Shown: in pieces, positions 1 through 7,172 of the stretch
Numbering within the stretch: the first letter of the stretch is position 1
Layout: each line of letters starts with the position of its first letter
From: a virus
Lineage: Duplodnaviria > Caudoviricetes
DNA length: 35,459 nucleotides
IMG/VR virus record: IMGVR_UViG_3300025888_000007
Location: 1-35,459 of that record
Reading direction: 5' to 3' (one strand)
Notes under the pieces: model-generated
What the model saw: the letters and a program-made list of their open reading frames with translations, nothing else
Told to the model about the DNA's origin: nothing
Database searches by the model: none
Made by a program: the position numbers and the translations under genes

Positions 1-127
1 ACGTGATACCGCTTCTCAGGTTGACCCCCATTTTCATGAGGATCGTTCCGGACAGGTACTTCTTTGCAATGCCCCGGATTGCCTGCGCCTTTGAAGCGTC
101 AGTGATTCCGGCACTGTTGAAAGTACC
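1..127. repeat. Terminal direct repeat, copy 1 (circular assembly overlap)
   Basis: 1-127 is identical to 35333-35459, and a CDS reads in frame across the junction. Confidence 0.95.
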
Positions 128-442
128 GGATTGACCATCGTTTGAGTACGATGTCAGCAAGCCGCCCAATGCCTGATTGAATGTCTTTTCGTAGGTGTAC
201 AGATATTCTGCAATCTCGCAAAGACATCCTTTCAGATCAGCCAAAGTCAGCGTGTAAGTCTGGTTCAGAACGATGATCGAGGCGACCGTTGACGCAACCG
301 TAACAGATGGAAGAAGACCGCCGGTCTGACGGCCTAGTTCCCACTCTGCCTGTTTCTCGTAAAACGGAAATTCGGTGTCCGTCATGACCTTCGTTGAACC
401 GGATCGGTAAGCGGTGTAATCCGCCAATATTGCAAAAGCCAT
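1..442 (-). CDS. Head-tail connector/adaptor protein, 5' part (continues at 35295-35332)
   Basis: Not in the ORF track. Manual translation after a GGAGG RBS gives MAFAILADYTAY...KGCLCEIAEYLY...SYSNDGQSGTF...IAKKYLSGTILMKMGV. It has the typical adaptor S-S-DG-S and YL-TGLL-like motifs and follows the capsid gene. Confidence 0.75.
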   Translation of the reverse strand, partial: MAFAILADYTAYRSGSTKVMTDTEFPFYEKQAEWELGRQTGGLLPSVTVASTVASIIVLNQTYTLTLADLKGCLCEIAEYLYTYEKTFNQALGGLLTSYSNDGQSGTFNSAGITDASKAQAIRGIAKKYLSGTILMKMGVNLRSGIT

Positions 443-453
443 GATAGACCTCC

Positions 454-579
454 TTAAACTTCGTGATGTACTCCGACCACGATTGTTTCACCGTCAATCT
501 TCTTTACCGGGATCTTCTTTACCGGGATCTTTACGATCTTCTCTGTAGATTCACCAGGTATTAGTCCAACTCGTCTCAT
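454..579 (-). CDS. Small 41-aa protein downstream of the major capsid gene
   Basis: Manual ORF MRRVGLIPGESTEKIVKIPVKKIPVKKIDGETIVVGVHHEV with an AAGGAG RBS; its stop abuts the RBS of the next gene. Confidence 0.65.
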   Translation of the reverse strand: MRRVGLIPGESTEKIVKIPVKKIPVKKIDGETIVVGVHHEV

Positions 580-596
580 AATATCTCCTTTCGATT

Positions 597-626
597 AAAC
601 GGCCGGGAGCCTTTCGACCCCCGGTC
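597..626 (-). terminator. GC-rich GAAA-tetraloop hairpin after the capsid gene (weak terminator or stabiliser)
   Basis: Minus strand CCGGGGGTC-GAAA-GGCTCCCGG followed by only a short U run. Confidence 0.6.
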
Positions 627-639
627 ACTCATTGATTGA

Positions 640-1512
640 TCAGGTTGCCTTGTTGTTCAGGTAGATGCCGGCGACCTTGTTGGTGTAAGCATCACACAGA
701 GCATACAGACGATAGCGATATGTCAGAGCATCCGCGTCGAAGTTCTGGTCAGCGCCGGCAACAAGGGAAACCTTGTGCTTTGTGTACTGCAGAACGGACT
801 TCGGATGGATGACCATGAAATTGATATCTTTTCCCGCAACGTCTTTGGCATAACCGCCATCTTCTTCGCCGGCAGTTTTGCCGTCAAGCTGGTCAATGGC
901 CGTGTAAAAACGATCCTGCGGTACAGCGACGATCTTCGAGAAGTTTTTCAAGACCTCTCTGGATTTGGTTGAGTCAAGATCTTCCCATAAGCCAGACAGG
1001 GAATCCTCAATATAAAGGATTCTTCCGGATTTCGGAATCTTGTTCGCGTTCATCTGCGTTGTAGCAACGCGAAGCGCAGCGATAACAGCAGCGCCGTCAG
1101 CAAGGGTAACATCCGCCGGCCCAAGACCGTGAAGAGATGCATACTTTGCAAAACGGAAAGCGTCAACTTCGGGTACAACTTCTGTTCTCTCGAATTCTCC
1201 TGCGAGCATTCCAAAAGCAATCCCCTGTGTCTCTTCATCGTCCATAGCATCAACGGAGAATTTGCCGCCACGATCAAAGTTGTATGTGACAGTGTTGTAC
1301 TCAAACGTCATGGTTCTGTCGACATATCCGGTATTGCGTCCGTAGTCAGCAAGCCCCTGCAGTGTCATTGTCGGGATAGCGATCTCGTTTGCGTTTGCGC
1401 CCGCTTTAGCAAAGGCCATATCGCTGTCAAGATCCGTGGTAAGGGCCTCGACTTCATAAACTTCGTCGATCATTCCGGTATATTTGGTGATCAGATCAAT
1501 TGTATTAGCCAT
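640..1512 (-). CDS. Major capsid protein
   Basis: 290 aa directly after the scaffold. The G-DY-R-GY, DRG-F-VD-MD-EET and V-PE-DA-RF motifs are typical of Firmicutes siphophage capsids. Confidence 0.88.
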   Translation of the reverse strand: MANTIDLITKYTGMIDEVYEVEALTTDLDSDMAFAKAGANANEIAIPTMTLQGLADYGRNTGYVDRTMTFEYNTVTYNFDRGGKFSVDAMDDEETQGIAFGMLAGEFERTEVVPEVDAFRFAKYASLHGLGPADVTLADGAAVIAALRVATTQMNANKIPKSGRILYIEDSLSGLWEDLDSTKSREVLKNFSKIVAVPQDRFYTAIDQLDGKTAGEEDGGYAKDVAGKDINFMVIHPKSVLQYTKHKVSLVAGADQNFDADALTYRYRLYALCDAYTNKVAGIYLNNKAT

Positions 1513-1523
1513 TTCTTAAATCC

Positions 1524-2186
1524 TCATTTCTCTTTTTTGGTTGCGGGCAAGCCGAACGCTTTTCGCATTCTTGCATCGTCCGTACCTAACGCGCCGCCGC
1601 CATTCGTAGACGCGACGCCTTTCGTAAATGCTGGTTCTTTGGCTTTCAAGCTTGGCATGGCTTTCAGGGCAGCCTCGAGAACGGCTTTGATGTCGTCCTT
1701 TTTGGGCTTGCCTGCGTCATCCTTGCCTACCTTTGAAAAGTCCAGTTTGATGTAGGGTAGTTGTGCCAGATCAATTCCAAGATCCTTAGCAACAGATTCA
1801 GAACGAGCTTCGATCAAGTCATTGAACCGCTCTGCCTTGACCTTTTCGGTCTCCACTTTGGCGTCCTCTGCCTTTTTCTGCATAGCTGTCAGGTTGCCCT
1901 TGTCAGCTTCGTCCTGAGTTGCTTTTTTGGTTTTGTAGTCCTCGAAAGCTTTCTTTGCTTCGTCCTCGGTCATGCCGTTCTGCTGGTACACAGATAGCCG
2001 GATAGCATCAGCCTTTTTGGTTGATTTTTCCTCAACCAGTTTGTCGATCTCTGCTTCCGTGTAATTTTTCCCGACCGCTGCCGGTTCTGCTCCGGCTGTT
2101 TTTGCCGCCGTGGCTGCTTCCGTTCCGGTACCCGAATTCGCGGCACCGGCTTCTTCTGCAAATAGCTGTAATTTCATCTTGATCAT
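1524..2186 (-). CDS. Capsid scaffolding protein
   Basis: N-terminal LQLFAE motif (Prp-type cleavage motif of Firmicutes phage scaffolds), charged helical composition, and position before the capsid gene. Confidence 0.85.
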   Translation of the reverse strand: MIKMKLQLFAEEAGAANSGTGTEAATAAKTAGAEPAAVGKNYTEAEIDKLVEEKSTKKADAIRLSVYQQNGMTEDEAKKAFEDYKTKKATQDEADKGNLTAMQKKAEDAKVETEKVKAERFNDLIEARSESVAKDLGIDLAQLPYIKLDFSKVGKDDAGKPKKDDIKAVLEAALKAMPSLKAKEPAFTKGVASTNGGGALGTDDARMRKAFGLPATKKEK

Positions 2187-2284
2187 GTAAATACCTCCGT
2201 TTTATGGCCGTCGCCTTATTCCGTGAATTAAAGGCCCACGTTACCTTGTTGCCAGATCAAACCTTTAGGGTTCTATCGGGCATG

Positions 2285-2313
2285 AAAAAAGCAGACCCTT
2301 TCGAATCTGCTTT
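2285..2313 (-). terminator. Intrinsic terminator after the MuF locus
   Basis: AAAGCAGATTC-GAAA-GGGTCTGC-TTTTTT on the minus strand. Confidence 0.8.
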
Positions 2314-2345
2314 CTGTTCCGGTCTTATGGTACCGGCTTTCCTTG

Positions 2346-2423
2346 TCAGGCTGGTTTGTCGACCTCTTTCATTATTTGTTCAAGTATCCAGTCAGTCGCT
2401 ATTCCGATTCCGTCCTCAATCAT
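2346..2423 (-). CDS. Putative 25-aa acidic peptide coupled to the MuF-peptidase gene
   Basis: Manual ORF MIEDGIGIATDWILEQIMKEVDKPA with an ATGA overlap on the upstream stop and an AGGGGG RBS-like sequence. Confidence 0.4.
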   Translation of the reverse strand: MIEDGIGIATDWILEQIMKEVDKPA

Positions 2424-3541
2424 TTTTCGATCCCCCTAAAATATTTCAGCAAGTCAGGATCAATTCTGCTTCCCTCTCCCTTGATGTATGCCGAAAAACT
2501 TTCAGCAACATATTCCAGTTCATTCTTGCAGGCATACCCCGAGATGTTGATATCATAAAGTCCTCTTGACTCGTAGGCTTTCATCATGAGACCACGATCA
2601 ATCTTAGCGAGCGAGGTAACATGGACATGATGCCCCAGTTCGTGCGTTATGATTCCGTCTACTGATTTACCGTCGACGAGAGATCGACCCGCCTTGATGT
2701 ACTTCTCTACCGTCTTGAGACTGTCTCCGCTTAATAGACCCACCTTTGACATGACATAATCCCATGATTCGTCTCCTTGTTTTATCAGTGCATCAAGTGT
2801 CTTTGCGTCTTTCAACGCGTTGGTGTTGAGGTACAGTCCATTGTATGATGTGTCGTAACTTGCCATACCTCCATTCTTGAATACCGCTTTCCCGAGTTTT
2901 GAAGAGTGGGAAACGGCTTGTATCTTTTCGAGTTTTTGCATTTCAAGTGTAGAAAACTTGCTGTTCAGCGATTCGTTTATTTTGTTCGCTATGTCAATGT
3001 CTACACCCTTGAATGATATTTCTGATGTTCTACAAAATTGCCTTGCATAATCCTCTGCTTCTTGCAGTGTTTTCGCAGGAACGAACAAAGGTTTTTCAAT
3101 TTTGGCGATTGTCGACGCGCTTTTTCCCGTAACCCTTCCGAGTCCGTCAATCGTGACCCGTTCCCTCTGCTGTGGCAATCCCATAGCCTTTGATAATCCC
3201 GTGTATTCAGCAGATGTTCCTCTGTACCTTGACATGGTGTTTTGAATGTCCAGTGGATTACCTCCCCCTAGCTTAAGCAAGCTGATCTCTTGTCTTTGGG
3301 CTCTTAAATTCGTTTCTAATTGACGTTGGCGCTGTAATGCCTCGTATTTGGTATACTCTTTCCCGTTATAGGTCTGCGGCTTCAGTTCGTCAGCGTTCAT
3401 CTTGTCGAGTTGTTCGTCGGTATATGTTCGAACGGAAGCGCCGTCAACAAAAGGTATCATGTCGTGATAGCATGAAGCCCCCTTTAGTCCGGTCACTGTG
3501 CCGTACCCCGTGCTTTCAACAAGGTCTGGATAAAACGCCAC
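2420..3541 (-). CDS. Minor capsid (MuF/Phage_min_cap2) C-terminal half fused to a zincin-like metallopeptidase
   Basis: Starts with YPDLVESTGYG...GL-G--C-H---PF and Y-A-QRQR-LE (Phage_min_cap2 C-terminal motifs), then HELGHHVH and SGYA--N--E--AE-F. It has its own AGGAGG RBS and a GTG start. Confidence 0.85.
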   Translation of the reverse strand: MAFYPDLVESTGYGTVTGLKGASCYHDMIPFVDGASVRTYTDEQLDKMNADELKPQTYNGKEYTKYEALQRQRQLETNLRAQRQEISLLKLGGGNPLDIQNTMSRYRGTSAEYTGLSKAMGLPQQRERVTIDGLGRVTGKSASTIAKIEKPLFVPAKTLQEAEDYARQFCRTSEISFKGVDIDIANKINESLNSKFSTLEMQKLEKIQAVSHSSKLGKAVFKNGGMASYDTSYNGLYLNTNALKDAKTLDALIKQGDESWDYVMSKVGLLSGDSLKTVEKYIKAGRSLVDGKSVDGIITHELGHHVHVTSLAKIDRGLMMKAYESRGLYDINISGYACKNELEYVAESFSAYIKGEGSRIDPDLLKYFRGIEK

Positions 3542-3553
3542 GATGTCAACCTC

Positions 3554-4228
3554 CTATTTCGTTAATGAAAATCCCCACTGTTCAAGTTCTGCCTGCTTTC
3601 GCGCTTCCGCCGCCGCCGTAATTGTCGTAAAGCTGCCTAAGTTGGTGACTTTGCCAGAAGTACAGATTGAAGCCCGATATGAATCAACCGTCCGATCATT
3701 TCTTTTTTGGACTCCCGTAACTCCCGTTTTGTTTGTGTTTCTCGTGCGTCGATTTCTTGCCTGCATCTTCTTGTCTTCCCACCGGCAATTTGAAGGCTCG
3801 TAAATTCCGTTGTTGTCAATTTGATCAATGGTCAGCCCTTTTTTATACCCGTTATTTATCGCCCACTGATAAAACGGAACGAAGTCTTTATCCCATTCTT
3901 CACAAAGTACAATTCCTCTGCCGCCGTACCATTTATAATGGTAGTCGCTGACGATTTTGCATCTGGTTCTTATGCTTCTCCACACATTGTGAAGAGGAGT
4001 TCCGGTCATTCCGTGTGTTGAGTTTGATTCTTTAACTCTTTCGGAGTGTAGGCATCCACATGACAGTGCGTCACCGTGCCTTAATGAAGATATTGCGGTT
4101 GTCTTTTCTTTCCCGCAATCACACAGGCACAGCGCCTTTTTTCTTTTTTCTCCGTCCTCTTGAACAAGGGCAGTTACAATTAATCTTCCAAACCTTTTCC
4201 CAATTATTTCACCCATTCTACGCGGCAT
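3554..4228 (-). CDS. HNH-type homing endonuclease with C-terminal AP2 domain
   Basis: GKRFGRL-V, CLCDCG, SCGC, YGGRGI, ID-IDNNG-YEPSNCRW, then the AP2 motif N-TGVTGV...LGSF...A--ARK-AE. Start moved to ATG 4228, which follows a GGAGG. Confidence 0.88.
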   Translation of the reverse strand: MPRRMGEIIGKRFGRLIVTALVQEDGEKRKKALCLCDCGKEKTTAISSLRHGDALSCGCLHSERVKESNSTHGMTGTPLHNVWRSIRTRCKIVSDYHYKWYGGRGIVLCEEWDKDFVPFYQWAINNGYKKGLTIDQIDNNGIYEPSNCRWEDKKMQARNRRTRNTNKTGVTGVQKRNDRTVDSYRASICTSGKVTNLGSFTTITAAAEARKQAELEQWGFSLTK

Positions 4229-4252
4229 TTTCTTTCCTCCGTTTTTACTTCT

Positions 4253-4263
4253 ATTATACCACA
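4253..4263 (-). promoter_or_regulatory. Extended -10 sigma-A promoter of the endonuclease gene
   Basis: TGTGGTATAAT is a perfect TRTGnTATAAT match just upstream of the RBS. Confidence 0.75.
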
Positions 4264-4291
4264 AAACGAAAGATAATAATGCTTTTGTTAT

Positions 4292-5053
4292 TTACCCTTT
4301 CCACCTAAATACCCTACCTTGCCACGGAATATGTTCAGGGCGAGCGCCTGAATGCCATGTGGTTTCCCATAGATCGGTTTCAAGATCGTTGGCAACTTGT
4401 TTGTTAATCTGTGTCATAACCTGTGAAAATCCGGTCATTACACTTTTTCTAGCAGCTACAGCAACGCGACTGTGATATCCAGACTCATAATCGATCATCC
4501 GTAACCCTGAATTGGTCATCTGCTTAACCGTACGACGCAGGACACTATTATAATCAAATGCACCCGATGTGATGTCCCCGATAGCGTGGTCAAGTGTCTG
4601 CTGGTAGAATTTTGTCAGGTCAAGCGCCTTGAGTTGATTGCCTTGCTGTGTAATAAATCCCATGCTTCGCGTGATGTTGATCAGTTCGCCTTTGGTCTGC
4701 GTTTTGACCGCGCTCATAAGTGACTGTAGTTCGGTGTTGTCAGCAAAGGGTATCGGTACATTGCCCGTTTTGGTATACAGATCAGCACTTTGGATGTACT
4801 CCGCTTTTGCCGCTGTTGCATAGATGTCATCGATTGCCTTGTCGGATAGCTTGAGCGTGTCCTGTATGGCTGTCTTGATCGTTTGGTTGCTCTCTCCTAA
4901 TTGCCGGAGCCTTGTTATTTGCCAGTCCGCAGAGGAGGTTATAGAGCCATTGATTCTAATGCGGTAAATTATGTTTTCCATAATTCTAGCTTGCAAGTCT
5001 CCAAACGCCTGCTCAACATCCAATGGAATAGACTCAAGATCACCCTGATTCAT
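4292..5053 (-). CDS. Minor capsid (MuF/Phage_min_cap2) N-terminal half
   Basis: Follows the portal. Contains SADWQI-RL, SGAFDYN, IDY-SG...V-VAAR--V-TG and H-GARP-H--WQG-VF, and ends at TAA right after that last motif. Confidence 0.88.
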   Translation of the reverse strand: MNQGDLESIPLDVEQAFGDLQARIMENIIYRIRINGSITSSADWQITRLRQLGESNQTIKTAIQDTLKLSDKAIDDIYATAAKAEYIQSADLYTKTGNVPIPFADNTELQSLMSAVKTQTKGELINITRSMGFITQQGNQLKALDLTKFYQQTLDHAIGDITSGAFDYNSVLRRTVKQMTNSGLRMIDYESGYHSRVAVAARKSVMTGFSQVMTQINKQVANDLETDLWETTWHSGARPEHIPWQGRVFRWKG

Positions 5054-5054
5054 A

Positions 5055-5264
5055 CTATCTCCTTATACAGCGCCCATCCTGATAGGCTCCACATTCGCCC
5101 ATGATGCAGTCGTGCTGATAAAATGTAGTTGTATTAATCGAATCGTGATGCCACATATGCATCACTTCGGGGCACCCGCTTGCGTCTTCACATAAATGTT
5201 CTTCGTATTCCAGCGGCTTGTCATGGTTTATCGTGACTTGATTGCTGTTGTATGGACATTTCAT
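5055..5264 (-). CDS. Small Cys/His-rich hypothetical protein
   Basis: 69 aa, MKCPY...C---CGAY--G-C, overlapping the portal stop (ATGA). Confidence 0.7.
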   Translation of the reverse strand: MKCPYNSNQVTINHDKPLEYEEHLCEDASGCPEVMHMWHHDSINTTTFYQHDCIMGECGAYQDGRCIRR

Positions 5265-6667
5265 ACTGAACCCCCGAAAGGCATTGTCTGCTTTGCTGGG
5301 AAAGTATCAGGCATAACATTAACGGAGGCGGGAACGCGTGATCTTGCTGTTGCTTCGTCCTCTCCAAAAGTTCTCATTCTGTACTCATATAGCTCCATCG
5401 CACCCATAGCCACGTCAGCACGATCAGAAGTCTTGTTTGCTTCTGTGTCGGTCAAGATGCTGTCAGAGAACGTGCATTCGAATTCATATCCGGAGATGTC
5501 CAATTGACTGTAAAATGCTAAGGCATCCACCAAATCAGACAAACAGTCTTTCAAATTATCTTCTATGGCGATTACCCTATTAAATTTGGTCTGCTTTGCC
5601 GCCTTAATCTCAATGCCTGTTTTCTCGATGGTGACCTCTTTTGATAGATCGCCATAAGCTAAACCTACGTTCTTTTCGATTCTTCTCAGGTATTCATCAA
5701 GCCCTGCGATGTACCCCTCTCCGCGAAGCACGGGAGAGAAGTCCATATACGGCATATCCTTGTCGCCGTTGCCGCCCATACCCAGCGTTCTTATGAGGCG
5801 CTCTTTGGGTCTGGTTGCATAACCCGGACTGCCCGGCTGCGGAATAGCATCGGGATCAGCAAGGATTGCTCTTTCTCCTGATTCGTATTCCCACTTCAAT
5901 CTTCCGAATTGCTTGTCTGCTTCTTTGATCAGTTCAACAGCAGATTCATAAACCGACACGCCATTGAATGACTTATCAACCCGGTTCTTTAATGGGTTCT
6001 TGAAGTACCCAAAGTCCGGCTGTGTCCAGTCTGCATAGAAGATCTCCGGAGGAAGTTTCGCCCAGTCCTCGAACGCTTCAAGGCCTATTTCGTGACCAAG
6101 ATCATCTTTGCCGGATGACTTATAGGCTTTATTGGTTATGGTAAGCCCCTTGTCTGTGACTGTGTGCCGCTCAAGACGATGATAAAACGTTGTATCGCCT
6201 TTTCTGCGCAGTTCCGTGAAGATAACATCGGTCAGTCTGCCCCGCGAATCGTAGGCAATCGGCAGGAAGTCGTCTTGAGAGACGTATTCGACCTGTCCTG
6301 CTACGCCTAAGGGCTTGATACAGAACGACCCTAAAGCAATGCCCTCTTGCAGATTTTCGTTCAGATCCCGAATAGCTTGCTTGTAGATGACATCCAATTG
6401 ATCATTGTTGGTCTTGCTCTCCATCTCGTTCAGGCAGACATCGGCAAACTCACGGGCAATAGATCCCTCTAATCCAAGAGAGCAGATACCTAGTTTGTCA
6501 GACATCCACGGAGCCTTACCGTCATACATCTGTCTCCATAAAGTAATCCGGAGCGCCATTTCGGAGGATAGAGCGGCATTGTCTCCTACGATAGATTTAA
6601 GGTCAGTTCCAGTAATCATGCTTTTCACCCCGCTGAAAAATGCCTTGATAGATGTGATTAAAGACAT
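5261..6667 (-). CDS. Portal protein (A118/SPP1-like)
   Basis: 468 aa after terL, with NP--N------GVS-Y, L-WEY--G-R-I and IE---GL-YG-LS motifs. Confidence 0.9.
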   Translation of the reverse strand: MSLITSIKAFFSGVKSMITGTDLKSIVGDNAALSSEMALRITLWRQMYDGKAPWMSDKLGICSLGLEGSIAREFADVCLNEMESKTNNDQLDVIYKQAIRDLNENLQEGIALGSFCIKPLGVAGQVEYVSQDDFLPIAYDSRGRLTDVIFTELRRKGDTTFYHRLERHTVTDKGLTITNKAYKSSGKDDLGHEIGLEAFEDWAKLPPEIFYADWTQPDFGYFKNPLKNRVDKSFNGVSVYESAVELIKEADKQFGRLKWEYESGERAILADPDAIPQPGSPGYATRPKERLIRTLGMGGNGDKDMPYMDFSPVLRGEGYIAGLDEYLRRIEKNVGLAYGDLSKEVTIEKTGIEIKAAKQTKFNRVIAIEDNLKDCLSDLVDALAFYSQLDISGYEFECTFSDSILTDTEANKTSDRADVAMGAMELYEYRMRTFGEDEATARSRVPASVNVMPDTFPAKQTMPFGGSV

Positions 6668-6691
6668 TTCTCATTCCTCCTTATTTGCCAT

Positions 6692-7129
6692 TTATTTTAT
6701 TCCACCGTTTGAAATAGTTGGATCGCTGTCGTGTGGCCCGCCGCTTTTAGCCGGACACGCAGGATATCCCTGACGTGACGGGCCGTATTTGCGCCGATAT
6801 CTTTCCGTATATAATTCAGGGTCAATGTTAAAAGATAATCTGTATTCCTCGTAATCGCTGTCTTCGTGCGCTGATTCGCAAAATCTTTGAAGAGCGGCAG
6901 ATTCATACTCAATCTTAGTTTGAACATCTTCCGGATAAAGCCCGTTTTCAATTACTTCCAACGTTCCCTCATCAAAGTATTTCCCGTCCGGACATTTACC
7001 ATCTTTGTCAACCGAGGGCGTCAAGTAGTATCTATCACACCCTGTTATATAAGACGTTTTCGCTGTAGCCATTCCAACAAAGCCAGTAATCTTGTCTCGT
7101 ACAATTGCACCTATTTCTAATCTTCTCAT
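6692..7129 (-). CDS. Hypothetical protein between terL and portal
   Basis: Probable start MRRLEIG at 7129 after an AAGGAGG RBS. The G--V-D-ITGF-G......Y-TGC segment suggests a small beta-barrel. Confidence 0.65.
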   Translation of the reverse strand: MRRLEIGAIVRDKITGFVGMATAKTSYITGCDRYYLTPSVDKDGKCPDGKYFDEGTLEVIENGLYPEDVQTKIEYESAALQRFCESAHEDSDYEEYRLSFNIDPELYTERYRRKYGPSRQGYPACPAKSGGPHDSDPTISNGGIK

Positions 7130-7172
7130 TTGTTCACCCTCCTTGTTTTTTCTGCTAAATATACCCACTTGC

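Noticed and set aside
237-497. 86-aa minus-strand ORF from the track
   Set aside because: It is an alternative frame overlapping the RBS-supported 454-579 and 1-442 genes.
1129-1755. 208-aa plus-strand ORF (and similar ones such as 20341-21024, 21381-21701, 29848-30351)
   Set aside because: These are antisense shadows of well-supported minus-strand genes, with no RBS or recognisable motifs.
3542-4291. Group I intron or intein in the MuF gene
   Set aside because: The flanking spacers are too short for a ribozyme core, a stop codon and fresh RBS are present, and there are no intein terminal residues.
6671-6691. Micro-ORF MANKEE before the portal gene
   Set aside because: It merely spans the portal RBS, and has no motif or associated structure.
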